DNA of 47,070 bases, from assembly GCA_963820595.1 (NCBI GenBank), contig CAWGAO010000007.1, positions 1 to 47,070 of the forward strand. Reading direction: 5' to 3'. A model generated the notes under the pieces. The model made no database searches and was not told where the DNA came from. It saw nothing but the letters and a program-made list of their open reading frames with translations. The translations under genes were made by a program, and so were the position numbers. Of this stretch, positions 1-10,648 are shown one piece after another. The DNA is from Candidatus Tagabacteria bacterium. Lineage in GTDB: Bacteria > Patescibacteriota > Minisyncoccia > GCA-002779875. Within the stretch, counting starts at the first letter, position 1. Every line of letters begins with the position of its first letter.

Positions 1-645
1 ATTAAATAGATTTCGCCAGTTTGGCTCTATGGTGAGTAAAAATAATACAAAAACATGCTGGATATTGAAATGCGACATCAAAAAGTTTTTTGCGAACATC
101 GACCACCGCATTTTAACGAATATTTTGGCGGAGTACATACTGGACGAAAATATTTTATGGCTGCTGGAGAAATAATAAACAGTTTTTCTTCAAAGCCTGG
201 AGTCGGCTTGCCGCTCGGCAATCTCACTTCGCAGCTTTTGGTGAATATTTATATGAACGAATTTGACCAATTTGCGAAGCACAAATTGAAAGCGAAATAT
301 TATATCCGCTATGCCGATGATTTTGTTATTTTTTCCGAAAATCGGAATTGGTTGAGTGGGCAAATTCCTCAAATTCGGAAATTTCTTCGCGAAAGATTAA
401 ATCTTGAACTGCATTCCAAGAAAATTTTCATCAAAACGCTTGCTTCGGGTGTGGATTTTCTGGGCTGGGTGCACTTTCCCGACTACCGGGTTTTGCGGAC
501 GGCTACTAGAAAGAATGATAAAAAGAATAAAGGTTTAATTCTGTCAGAAACTTTAAATTCATATCTCGGTCTTTTATCGCACGGAAATACGCATAAACTT
601 AAATCTAAAGTTTTGAAAGAATATTTTTTATCCCAATATAATTAG
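1..645 (+). CDS. Reverse transcriptase, DGR-type (5'-truncated by window edge, frameshifted near 165-175)
   Basis: Frame 2 from base 2 reads ...TCWILKCDIKKFFANIDH...; the 55..645 ORF continues with GLPLGNLTSQ, YIRYADD and GVDFLG. The GxxxSQ signature and short C-terminus fit DGR RTs. Confidence 0.85.
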
Positions 646-685
646 GTATTTTCTAATTGCTTTAAATTTGTTAAAATATGTATAT

Positions 686-1239
686 ATGCCTTACGATTTT
701 TCACCAATAAAAAAAGAACTGCCAGAGCTGAAGGAATGGCTTGAGAAAAGAGCTAGCTTTACTGCGGACGGGCAGAGCTTCTCCGAATCTGCTTGACGGT
801 ATCGTGTGTCGATTATTATGGTGTTAAAACGCCTTTAAAACATTTGGGCGCGATTTCTATCGAAGACGCAAGAACTTTGCGCGTCAGGCCGTGGGACGCT
901 TCTTTAATTCATCAGATAGAGCAGGAGATTCGATATTCCAATCTGGGATTGCAGCCTCTTGCCGAAAAAGATTCGCTCCGCGTTATTTTTCCGGAACTTA
1001 CGCAGGAAAGAAGAAAAGCGCTTCTTAAAGTGATGTCCGAAAAATTGGAGCACGCAAAAATTTCATTGCGGCAATTGAGGGATGAGAATTGGCGTGAGAT
1101 TCAGAATCTGGAAAAAGAAGGAAAACTTACGGAGGACGACAAATATACCCATAAAGAAGAACTGCAGAAAATTATTGACGGAATTGTGAAAGAATTGGAA
1201 GAAATGGCTGCGGCAAAAGAAAAAGAAATTCAAAGTTAG
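686..1239 (+). CDS. frr: Ribosome recycling factor (frameshifts in the 5' part)
   Basis: ATG at 686; LRTGRASP-like segment; DYYGVKTPL, PELTQERRK and TEDDK motifs. Confidence 0.9.
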
Positions 1240-1383
1240 GGAAATAAGGAGCGCAGCGATTATATTTTCCTAACGAGCCCCGAGCTCGAAAATTTGACTT
1301 GCTTACGATGTTCGATGGGGGTGACTTCGAATTTACAATGAACAGTTTTATTCGACTAGCGCTTATTCTGTAGTAAATTTGGT

Positions 1384-2688
1384 ATGACATTTATTATTTT
1401 CATTGCAGTGCTCGCAGTGCTCGTTCTTTCCCATGAATTTGGGCATTTTATTTTTGCCAAAAAATCCGGCATGCGGGTTGATGAATTTGGATTCGGTTTT
1501 CCGCCCCGCCTTTTTGGCATTCAACGTAGAACAGAGCAAAAGCTTGAGAAAATAGCCGAAAAAGAAGAAAATACCGAATTTATCACCGACACTTATGACG
1601 TTCAAAGCGGCAGAGAAATTATCCAAGAAGCAAGCGTTCAAGATATAGAGGAAATTGATAAAATTATCTCCGTGAAAAAGTGGCGTTTTATTTGGCCATG
1701 GGGAAAAGGAAATATTCCGGAAAAGGGAAAAAGCGGAATTGAAGGCGGCAATACGATTTATTCGCTGAATCTGATACCTTTGGGCGGGTTCGTAAAAATT
1801 TACGGCGAGGAAGGAGAAGGAACGGGAGATAAACGAAGTTTTGCCGCTCAATCACTTGGTGTTCGCGCTTTGATTCTTATAGCCGGAGTTTTATTTAATC
1901 TGTTTTTGGCATGGCCGGTTTTAACTGCCGGTTTTTTAATTGGAATGCCGGTTAGTGTTGAAGGCAGTAGTATCTTTGGAGGAAGCATAATTGAAAAAGG
2001 CGTCATGATTCTTCAGGTTCAGGAAAATACTCCTGCGCAAATAGCAGGTTTTAAAACAGGAGATTATCTTTTGCGCTTTACTTCAGATGGCGATGTTCTT
2101 GCGGTTTCCGATGTCAAAAGCGTGCAGGATTTTATCGCAAAACACGCGGGGAAAGAAATCAAAATAGATTATTTAAGAGGTAAAGAAAAATTTACGACTA
2201 ACGCTGCTCCGCTTTTAAAATCCGAGGAAGGTAAAGGCAGTCTTGGCATTGCTATGGATCGTGTCGGCGTTATTCGTCTTCCGTTCTTTAGGGCGATTTG
2301 GGAGGGTTTAAACACAACAGTAAAATTAACGGCCGCTACCGCAAAAGCCCTCGTTGGTTTTTTTGCCGACCTTTTCACTAAAAAAGAGGTGTTAAGTCAG
2401 GTTGCCGGTCCGGTCGGAATAGTTGGCATTGTCGAAACCGCAGCCCGTTCCGGCTTTGTCTTTATTCTTCAACTACTTGCTTTGCTTTCCATTAATCTTG
2501 CTTTGATTAATATTGTGCCTTTTCCGGCCTTAGACGGCGGCCGTTTGCTTTTTTTGGGCATCGAATTGGCCAAAGGGAGGCCGATAAGCCAAAAAACCGC
2601 AAATATTGCGAATACTATAGGATTTGTTATTCTTATTTTATTGATGCTGGCTATTACTTATCAGGACATTTTAAGATTAGCGAAATGA
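1384..2688 (+). CDS. rseP: Site-2 protease RseP (M50 family) with PDZ domain
   Basis: HEFGH zinc motif, LIPLGGFV, NIVPFPALDGG. Confidence 0.93.
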   Translation: MTFIIFIAVLAVLVLSHEFGHFIFAKKSGMRVDEFGFGFPPRLFGIQRRTEQKLEKIAEKEENTEFITDTYDVQSGREIIQEASVQDIEEIDKIISVKKWRFIWPWGKGNIPEKGKSGIEGGNTIYSLNLIPLGGFVKIYGEEGEGTGDKRSFAAQSLGVRALILIAGVLFNLFLAWPVLTAGFLIGMPVSVEGSSIFGGSIIEKGVMILQVQENTPAQIAGFKTGDYLLRFTSDGDVLAVSDVKSVQDFIAKHAGKEIKIDYLRGKEKFTTNAAPLLKSEEGKGSLGIAMDRVGVIRLPFFRAIWEGLNTTVKLTAATAKALVGFFADLFTKKEVLSQVAGPVGIVGIVETAARSGFVFILQLLALLSINLALINIVPFPALDGGRLLFLGIELAKGRPISQKTANIANTIGFVILILLMLAITYQDILRLAK

Positions 2689-3964
2689 AGCAATCGCAAC
2701 TATTCACAAAAACTTCAAAAACTGCGCCGAAAGACGAGCCATCCGTTAATGCCCGGCTTTTGATTAAGGGCGGTTTTGTCAAAAAATTGGGAGCGGGAAT
2801 TTATTCTTTTCTGCCGTTGGGTTTTTTGGTTTTGAAAAAAATCGAAAATATAATCCGAGAAGAAATGAACGCCATCGGCGGCCGGGAACTTTTGATGCCG
2901 GCGTTGCACCCAAAAGAAATCTGGGAAGAGACTGGCCGATGGGAAAGCGCCGATTACTTGTATAAATTTAAAGACCGTCAGGATAAATATTTTGCTCTCG
3001 GCGCAACCCATGAGGAAGTTATTACGGATATCGTCAGGAATTACGTTTCCTCCTATAAAGATTTGCCCTCGTATCTTTATCAGATACAGGTGAAATTTCG
3101 CGACGAACTCAGGGCCAAGTCTGGCCTTTTGCGCACCAAGGAATTTGTAATGAAAGATCTTTACAGTTTTCACAGCTAGCGAAGAAGACCGGAAAAAATA
3201 TTATGAGACGGTCAAAAAAGCGTATCTGAAAATCTTTACGCGTTGCGGTTTAAACTGCGCTTGTGGCCGAAGCTTCGGGAGGAATTTTTTCAAAAGAATA
3301 TTCTCATGAGTTTCAGGTGCCTACAACTTCCGGCGAAGACATCATTTATTTTTGCCCAAAAGGAGATTTTGCCCAGAATAAGGAAATAGCCGAGAAGAAA
3401 GAGGGCGAAAAATGCCCCAACTGCGGTGCGGTTTTAAAAGAAGCCAAAACCATCGAAGTCGGCAATATTTTCGCCTTAGGCACCAAGTATTCCGAACCGA
3501 TGAAAGCTTGGTTTGCCGATAAAAACGGCGCAAAAAAGCCTATTATTATGGGTTGCTATGGCATAGGGCTTGGCCGTTTGATGGGTGCCGTGGTTGAGGT
3601 TTTTCATGACGAAAAAGGCATTATTTGGCCGGAGGAGATAGCGCCTTTTAAAGTCCATCTCATTTGTCTTGAGGGTAAGGAAACGGAGAAAAAAATTAAA
3701 GCCACAGCCGATGAAATTTATCAAGATTTACAATCAAAAGGCATTGAAGTATTGTATGATGAACGCGAAATGAAGACGGCCGGCGAGAAATTTTCGGACG
3801 CGGATTTAATAGGGATTCCTTATCGCGCGGTAATAAGCGAAAAGACGGGAACGGATAAAATTGAATTGAAAAAGAGAAATGAAGACCAGTGCAAAATTAG
3901 TGAGCAAAAAAGATTTTGTAAATCATGTTGGATAAATTTTTTGGATTATTTTCACAAGACATAG
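2685..3964 (+). CDS. proS: Prolyl-tRNA synthetase, short form (frameshift near 3175; true stop may be slightly earlier)
   Basis: MKQSQLF start, LGATHEEVIT, QIQVKFRDELR, EVGNIFALGTKYS, MGCYGIG, DADLIGIPYR. Confidence 0.92.
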
Positions 3965-4983
3965 GGATTGATTTGGGTACCGCCAATACCCTTGTTTATG
4001 TTCCCGAAAAAGGGATCGTAATTAACGAACCTTCAGTTGTGGCAGTAAATCAGAAAACCGGACAAATTGTGGCGGTTGGCAATGACGCGAAAAACATGAT
4101 TGGCCGCACGCCGCCTCATATCAGCGTTATCCGGCCTCTCGTCGAAGGCGTTATTTCCGATTTTGAAACAACGGAAGAAATGCTTTCTTATTTTATAAGA
4201 AAAGTTCAAAAAAATTCCGTTAGATTTTTTGCGCGGCCGGCCGTTATTATCGGCATTCCTTCAAACGTTACCGAAGTTGAAACGCGCGCCGTTCGCGACG
4301 CCACAAAAAACGCCGGCGCCCGCAAAGTTTACATAGTGGAGCAGCCGATGGCCGCGGCAATCGGCGTAAAATGTCCGATTCACGAGCCAGTGGGGAATAT
4401 TATTGTTGATATAGGCGGCGGTACAGCCGATGTCGCCGTAATTTCTTTAAAGGGCATAGTGGTTTCAAAAAGTTTGCGCATTGCCGGCGACAGATTGGAT
4501 CAGGATATTATTCAATATATCAGGGACGAATTTAAGCTTCTTATCGGAGAAAAAACCGCGGAAGACGTAAAAATTGCGATAGGTTCGGCAATAGCCGTTA
4601 AAGGGGAAAATGCCGAAGCCGCTGTCCGCGGCCGGGACCTGATAACGGGTCTTCCGCGAGAAATTACAGTAACCGATTCCGATATCCGTGAAGCGATTTC
4701 AAAATCTCTCAGAAATCTGGCGAATGCGGTTAAAGAAGTTATTGAAGAAACTCCTCCGGAGCTTATCTCGGACATTATGCATCGCGGCATTACTTTGGTT
4801 GGCGGCGGTTCTTAATTAAAAGGTCTTCCAGAATATCTTGAAAAAGAAACAAAAATTCCCGTTTTCATTGCCGAAGATCCTTTGACTGTCGTGGCGCGAG
4901 GCATGGGTATTATCCTCGAAAATTTGGAGGATTTTCGAGAAGTACTTATCGAACATGAAGACGATATTCCGCCCCAATATTAG
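3925..4983 (+). CDS. mreB: Rod shape-determining actin MreB (frameshift near 4812)
   Basis: IGIDLGTANT, DIGGGTAD, LVGGGS; the alternate frame continues IKGLPEYLEKETKIPVFIAEDPLTVVARG to TAG at 4983. Confidence 0.95.
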
Positions 4984-5768
4984 CATAAAGAAAAAAAGAA
5001 AGAGGTTTATTTTAAGCGGGGCATTAGTCGCGCTTATTTTAATTGTGATTATTTTCAGCGATTTTTCTTTCCGCATTGTCAATCGGCCGGTGATGTTTAT
5101 TCTTAGCCCCTTTTTAGGATTAAAAACAAGTTTCGGAAAATGGTTGCAAAGTTTTACGTTAGGCTTTATCGAGAAAAAAACTCTCCAAGCCGAAAATGAA
5201 GTGCTTCAGGAAAAAATTATGCAAATGGAAACAAAAATTACCCTTAGCGATGCTTTAGAGAAAGAAAACAGTATGTTGAAAAATGCATTTTCGGCCGAGA
5301 CAAGAAAGAATTTTTTACTTGCTTCGATTATTTCCCGTCCGCCGCAAACTCCTTATGATATGCTAATTATTGATTCCGGCTCCTATATCGGCGTCAAGGA
5401 AGGGATGCAAGTTTCGGCTTTCGGCAGACGTTTTATTAGGTTATATGGCTGATGTTTTTCCGGATATGAGCAAGATAAAACTTATTTCGTCCTTTGGCGA
5501 AGAAACCAATGTTCTTTTGGAATCTTCGGGGATTCCGGCCATTGCAGTCGGCCGCGGAGGAGAAAATTTTGAAATTATGCTTCCTCGAGCGGTTAAAGTT
5601 GACATTGGCGAACGCGTAATCACTTTGGGCAACCAGCCAATGCTTATAGGTATCGTTGAAAAAATCGAGCATCAAACCACCGACCCATTGCAAAAAATTA
5701 TTTTTCGTTTGCCCGTTAATATTCAATATTTGAATCGAGTGTTTCTTTTGAAAGCCAATGAACGGTAG
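4955..5768 (+). CDS. mreC: Rod shape-determining protein MreC (frameshift near 5425)
   Basis: N-terminal TM helix, coiled coil (LQAENEVL), IIDSGSYIGVKEG; lies after mreB. Confidence 0.85.
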
Positions 5769-5777
5769 AGTCATCTT

Positions 5778-6127
5778 ATGATTTTAAGAATTGCGTCATT
5801 TATTTTTTTATTTCTAAGCGCGGTTTTTGCGCCTTGGCCGGTTACCGTCGGCGCGGCGGTAATTTTTGCGGCATTTTTTCGTGATTTTGGGAGATAGTTA
5901 TTATCGGATTTTTACTCGGCGCGGTATACGGTTTTTCAAAAGGGCAATCAGGACTTTTGTTCTCATTTTTTGTTTCGAGCTTTGCAGCCGTTTTTTTCGT
6001 CGAAGAATCAGTCAAACAATTTATTGAAGGAAAAAACATCATTTCTTATGTTCTTATCGCAATTTCGGGAGGAATATCTTCTGTGTTATTGTGGTTAATT
6101 TTTAGGGCAATTATTAATTATGTCTAA
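5778..6127 (+). CDS. MreD-like membrane protein (frameshift near 5885)
   Basis: Hydrophobic reading MILRIASFIFLFLSAVFAPW...; position between mreC and PBP2. Confidence 0.55.
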
Positions 6128-7821
6128 AAGAAAATTAGGCAAATATATACTCAATCCCGATGAAATTTTTGCCGATTCTCAAAATATTCCGGGATTTGAT
6201 AAATATCAATTCGAAGGACGGCTTGAAAAACCAATCACTAAGTCGACATTTGCAGGCATCGGTATTTGTTTTTTTATTTTAGGAGGCCTGATTTTTGCTA
6301 AAATTTTTCACTTGGAAGTTTTCAAAGGGGAAGCATATGCCGCAAGGAGCGAATATAATTATTTACGTGCCGTAAGTATCCCGGCGGCTAGAGGCATTAT
6401 TTATGACAGAAATGGTAAGGAATTAGCCTGGAATGATTCAGTTATTGAAGAAGGTAATTTAAAATTAGTCAGGGCTTATGCCGATATGCCCGGTTTGGCT
6501 CATGTTTTGGGTTACGTCGGAATCGGCGAGGCCAGCAAAATAATCGGCAAAGACGGTATTGAAAAAAAATATGATGATATTTTAGGCGGAACGGCGGGCG
6601 TAGAACTCGTCGAAACCAACTCCAAAAATGAAGTTGTCTCCGAAAGCATCGCTCGGCCGCCGGAAAACGGTAAAAGCATAAAGATTACAATTGACGCGGA
6701 ACTTCAATCCAGCCTTTATAATATTTTAGAAAATGTTGTAAGAGACCGGGGTTTCGGCGGCGGGGCAGGCGTTATTTTGGATGTTCATTCCGGAGAGGTT
6801 CTGGCTCTTACGAGTTATCCCGAATATAATTCTCAGATTCTTTCCCGCGGCAGACCCGAGGACACTATTAAAAGGATATTTCAATAACAAACAAAAACCT
6901 TTTCTTAACCGCGCCATTTCCGGTTTGTATGCGCCCGGTTCCATTATCAAGCCTATGATTGCTCTTGGTGCGCTTTAATGGAAAAAATTATCAGTCCCGA
7001 AAAACAAATTTTCAGCGCCGGCAGTATTTCTTTGCCCAATCCATTTTTCCCGGATAAATTAAAAATATTTATAGACTGGAAGGCTCACGGCTGGGTTGAT
7101 ATGAGAAGATGCGCTAGCGGTTTCTTCAAACGTTTATTTTTATACGATCGGCGGCGGATACGAAGACGTTAAAGGTTTAGGCATCAGTAAAATTGATAAA
7201 TATGCGAATTTGTTCGGTCTCGGGTCAAAGACAAATATAGATCTTAGATAAAGAAGAAGACGGAATAATCCCGAGCCCGGCCTCAAGGCAATTAATAATC
7301 CGGCAGATCCCACATGGAGAATTGGCGACACTTATAACGCCTGGATCGGCCAGGGAGATTTTCAGATTACGCCTCTTCAGGCAGCCGTTTATGCGGCTGC
7401 GATTGCAAATAGCGGCTGGCTTCTCCAGCCGCATCTTGTGGTCAGCGGATTCAAATAGTGAAGAACTTCCCGACGGAGGCAAAACAATAAACATTTCGCC
7501 GGAATATTTCCAAATCGTCAGAGAAGGAATGAGATTGGGTGTTCTTGAAGGTACGGCGTCAAGGGCTTAAGTGGTTTGGGGATAGACATTGCGTCCAAAA
7601 CCGGCACGGCCGAATTGGATTCTGACGCAAGTAAATTCGTCAATTCTTGGCTTATAGGTTTTCTTCCTTATAAAAATCCCAAAATTGCTTTCAGCATTCT
7701 TCTTGAGAAAGGAAGGCCTACCAATCTTATCGGAGGCGTTTATGTCGGTCGGCAGCTTCTTGAGTGGATGCTTATTCACACCCCCGGTTATTTGACGCCG
7801 TTAGAAGTTCAACCCAAATAA
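6120..7821 (+). CDS. mrdA: Penicillin-binding protein 2 (several frameshifts)
   Basis: ARGIIYDRNG, GEVLALTSYP, PGSIIKP (SxxK) and SKTGTAE motifs spread across frames. Confidence 0.85.
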
Positions 7822-7902
7822 ATTTAATTGCTTATAGATATTATTTATTTTAAATTTTTTGAATTACCATTGATATCCACAATTTATAATTTCTAACGGG
7901 GG
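7796..7902. mobile_element. Miniature inverted-repeat element (CCGTTAGAA...TTCTAACGG) flanked by TTGAC on both sides
   Basis: Terminal inverted repeats, AT-rich core, TTGAC at 7792-7796 and 7903-7907. Confidence 0.7.
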
Positions 7903-7931
7903 TTGACGTCAGACAATTAAACTAATAGAAT
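7903..7931 (+). promoter_or_regulatory. Sigma70-type promoter of greA-lysS
   Basis: TTGACG-17 nt-TAGAAT. Confidence 0.65.
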
Positions 7932-7956
7932 GAAAAATCTGTTTAATTGAGTAATT

Positions 7957-8445
7957 ATGCATACACCCGAATCGCCACAATTTAATAATCCCGAATACTT
8001 AAGCCAGGAAGGCATTGAGCATTTCGGGAAAGAACTGGATGAATTGAAAAACCGGCATCGGCAGGAAATTGCCGAGCGCCTTGAATATGCCAAAAGTCTG
8101 GGTGATTTGAGCGAAAATACCGAATATCAAAGCGCCAAAGAAGAGCAATTAATGAATGAATCTCGCATCGCGGAGCTAGAGGATATTTTGAGCAGGGCAG
8201 TTATTATCAAGAAAGAGCATGGTGTCGACGTTCAGCTTGGTTCCACAGTATCCGTTAAAAGAGAGGGTAGCGAGGGAACAGAAAAATATTCTATTGTAGG
8301 GCCGGAGGAAGCCGATTCTTTGGGCGGGAAAATATCCCATGAATCTCCTTTGGGCAGGTCGCTTTTGGGAAAGAAAAAGGGCGAGAATGTAGAGGTTCTT
8401 ACGCCTAACGGTAAAATAAACTATACTATAATTGATGTTGGATAA
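7957..8445 (+). CDS. greA: Transcription elongation factor GreA
   Basis: GDLSENTEYQSAKEEQ, ISHESPLGRSLLG. Confidence 0.95.
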   Translation: MHTPESPQFNNPEYLSQEGIEHFGKELDELKNRHRQEIAERLEYAKSLGDLSENTEYQSAKEEQLMNESRIAELEDILSRAVIIKKEHGVDVQLGSTVSVKREGSEGTEKYSIVGPEEADSLGGKISHESPLGRSLLGKKKGENVEVLTPNGKINYTIIDVG

Positions 8446-9889
8446 TATACGCCAAGAACGAATCAAGAAATTGGAATATTTGGAGAAAATGGGTATTAAC
8501 CCGTTTCCTATTGAAGTTTATTGCGATTTTCCTATTTCGGCCGTAATCCGCGATTTCGCGAAGCTTACTAAGAGAAAGAAGCCGTTGTTTCTCGTCGGCA
8601 GAATTTTGGCTATCCGTTCCCATGGCGGTTCGATATTTTGTGATTTTAATGATGGCTCCGGGACATTTCAGGCATTTTTGAAAAAAGATATTTTGGGCGA
8701 AGCATTCTCCCTGTTCGCCAACACAGTTGATATCGGAGATTTTATTGAATGGAAAGGGACACTTTTCGCGACAAAGAAAAAAGAAAAAACAATCCAGATT
8801 TTATCTTGGCGGATAATTTCAAAAAGTTTGCGGCCTCTGCCGGAAAAGTGGCATGGTTTGCAGGATGTTGAAGAGCGGTTCCGCAAAAGGTATTTGGATA
8901 TTTTAATGAATGCCGATATTAGAAATAAATTTATCGTCCGTTCGAAGTTAATAACGGAAATCAGATCGTTTTTTGACGGCGAGGGATTTATTGAAGTTGA
9001 AACTCCTATTCTTCATCCCTTGCCGGGTGGCGCAACTGCCGAACCGTTTATTACTCACCAAAACTCGCTTGATATAGATCTGTATTTGAGAATCGCACCA
9101 GAGCTTTATCTGAAACGTTTGCTGATAGGAGGAATGAGTAAAATTTACGAACTCGGAAGAAATTTTCGCAATGAAGGAATTGACGCAACTCATAACCCGG
9201 AATTTACAGAACTTGAATTTTACGAGGCCTATCAAGACGCTTCCCATGCTAGAGACATGATTGAAGCTCTGATGCGAAAAGTCGTCAAAAAGCTTATTGG
9301 TAAAGAAACGGTTGGATACCAAGAGCAAAGAATTTCTTTTGAAAAGAAATTCTCCGTGATTTCATTTTATGAAACATTGAAACGTTACGCATTCGTGATG
9401 AATCCCGAAAAAATTTCCCGTGAAGAACTTTTTCTGAAAGCCAGGCAATTTGGAATTGATGTTGAATCAGATGCCTCCCATTGGAAAATATTCGACCATA
9501 TTTTCAAAAAAATATGCCGACCGAAAATAATTCAGCCGACGTTTATCGTAAATTATCCTTTTGAATCGTCGCCTTTGGCCAAGCAATTTCCGGATAAGCC
9601 GATACTCGATCGTTTTCAATTGATTATCGGGGGATTAGAGATTGCGAATGGCTTTTCCGAGCTTAATAATCCTGTCGAGCAGAGAAAAAGGTTTTTGGCT
9701 CAAGAAAAGCTGGCCGCGTCAGGAGATAGAGAAGCAAATCCGAATGATGAAGATTTTCTTGAAGCAATGGAATACGGCATGCCGCCGGCCGCCGGAGTGG
9801 GCATAGGAATCGACCGTTTAATAATGTTTTTAACAGATACTCATAATATTAAAGAAATTATTCTGTTTCCAACGATGCGACCTAAATGA
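8435..9889 (+). CDS. lysS: Lysyl-tRNA synthetase, class II
   Basis: LRPLPEKWHGL, YLRIAPELYLKRL, FRNEGID, YGMPPAAGVGIGIDR. Confidence 0.96.
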   Translation: MLDNIRQERIKKLEYLEKMGINPFPIEVYCDFPISAVIRDFAKLTKRKKPLFLVGRILAIRSHGGSIFCDFNDGSGTFQAFLKKDILGEAFSLFANTVDIGDFIEWKGTLFATKKKEKTIQILSWRIISKSLRPLPEKWHGLQDVEERFRKRYLDILMNADIRNKFIVRSKLITEIRSFFDGEGFIEVETPILHPLPGGATAEPFITHQNSLDIDLYLRIAPELYLKRLLIGGMSKIYELGRNFRNEGIDATHNPEFTELEFYEAYQDASHARDMIEALMRKVVKKLIGKETVGYQEQRISFEKKFSVISFYETLKRYAFVMNPEKISREELFLKARQFGIDVESDASHWKIFDHIFKKICRPKIIQPTFIVNYPFESSPLAKQFPDKPILDRFQLIIGGLEIANGFSELNNPVEQRKRFLAQEKLAASGDREANPNDEDFLEAMEYGMPPAAGVGIGIDRLIMFLTDTHNIKEIILFPTMRPK

Positions 9890-9925
9890 CATTAGCCGTC
9901 TGAACGTTTAAAATAAAGGTATTTA

Positions 9926-9957
9926 ATCCTCTCTTTAGCTGAAAAGAGGGGATTTTT
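9926..9957 (+). terminator. Intrinsic terminator after lysS
   Basis: Imperfect stem aatcctctcttt/aaagagggggatt followed by a T-run. Confidence 0.5.
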
Positions 9958-9960
9958 AAT

Positions 9961-10052
9961 TGTGGATAAATATGTTTGTGGGGAATCATATTGTGGAGTA
10001 AAATGTAAGTAAAGTGGAATGAAGTGGATAATCCTGTGGATAATGTGGATAA
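9961..10052 (+). promoter_or_regulatory. mraZ upstream GTGG repeats (MraZ operator-like) overlapping DnaA-box consensus sites
   Basis: GTGG recurs at roughly 10-nt spacing; TGTGGATAA at 9961, 10035 and 10044. Confidence 0.7.
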
Positions 10053-10061
10053 CTAAAAATT

Positions 10062-10496
10062 ATGTTAATCGGCGAATATACACATAAAATTGACCCCAAA
10101 AAACGGCTAGCTATTCCGGCAAAATTTAGGAAGGAGATAGGGGAAAAAGCCGTGATTACGAAAGGGCTAGACCAATGTCTTGTTCTTTATCCTTTGGCAG
10201 AATGGGAAAAAGTTGCCGAAGCTTTAGCTAAACTGCCTACCGGCAAAAGCGAAAACAGGAATTTTGTCAGGGACATATTTTCGGGAGCAACCGACGTTGA
10301 AATCGATGCCCTTGGCAGGATACTGATTCCCGACTACTTGAAAAATTTCGCGGATTTAAAAGAAAAAGTTGTAATCGTTGGAGTTTATAAGCGGCTGGAA
10401 ATCTGGAACGAGCAAAAATGGAACGAGTACAAAACGCGCGTTGAAAAGCAAACCGATGTATTGGCGGAAAAATTGGGAGAATTGGGTGTTTATTAA
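10062..10496 (+). CDS. mraZ: Transcriptional regulator MraZ
   Basis: IDPKKRLAIP, EIDALGRILIP, RLEIW. Confidence 0.96.
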   Translation: MLIGEYTHKIDPKKRLAIPAKFRKEIGEKAVITKGLDQCLVLYPLAEWEKVAEALAKLPTGKSENRNFVRDIFSGATDVEIDALGRILIPDYLKNFADLKEKVVIVGVYKRLEIWNEQKWNEYKTRVEKQTDVLAEKLGELGVY

Positions 10497-10550
10497 GGAA
10501 TTTGCCCGCGACTTGGAACGAAGCGACAAGTCGCGGTTGCAAAACCTTAA
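10494..10550. repeat. Stop-codon-associated hairpin element, copy 1 (copy 2 at 21522)
   Basis: TAAGGAATTTGCCCGCGACTTG...CAAGTCGCGGTTGCAAAACCTTA starts at the mraZ TAA. Confidence 0.75.
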
Positions 10551-10551
10551 T

Positions 10552-10648
10552 CCCGCCCTCTATGCCTGTTAACGAAATTTTGAAACCCAATAAAATTTTA
10601 AGAATAGTGCATGATTAAGAAACGTAAAAATGAGCTTAGAGGGCGGGG
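10552..10648. mobile_element. Miniature inverted-repeat element CCCGCCCTCTA...TAGAGGGCGGG
   Basis: 11-bp perfect terminal inverted repeat, AT-rich core, followed by TGA. Confidence 0.65.

Noticed and set aside
1240-1380. Possible riboswitch or ncRNA between frr and rseP
   Set aside because: Only weak stems and a fragment resembling the TTCGACTAGCGCT repeat; no recognisable RNA family motif.
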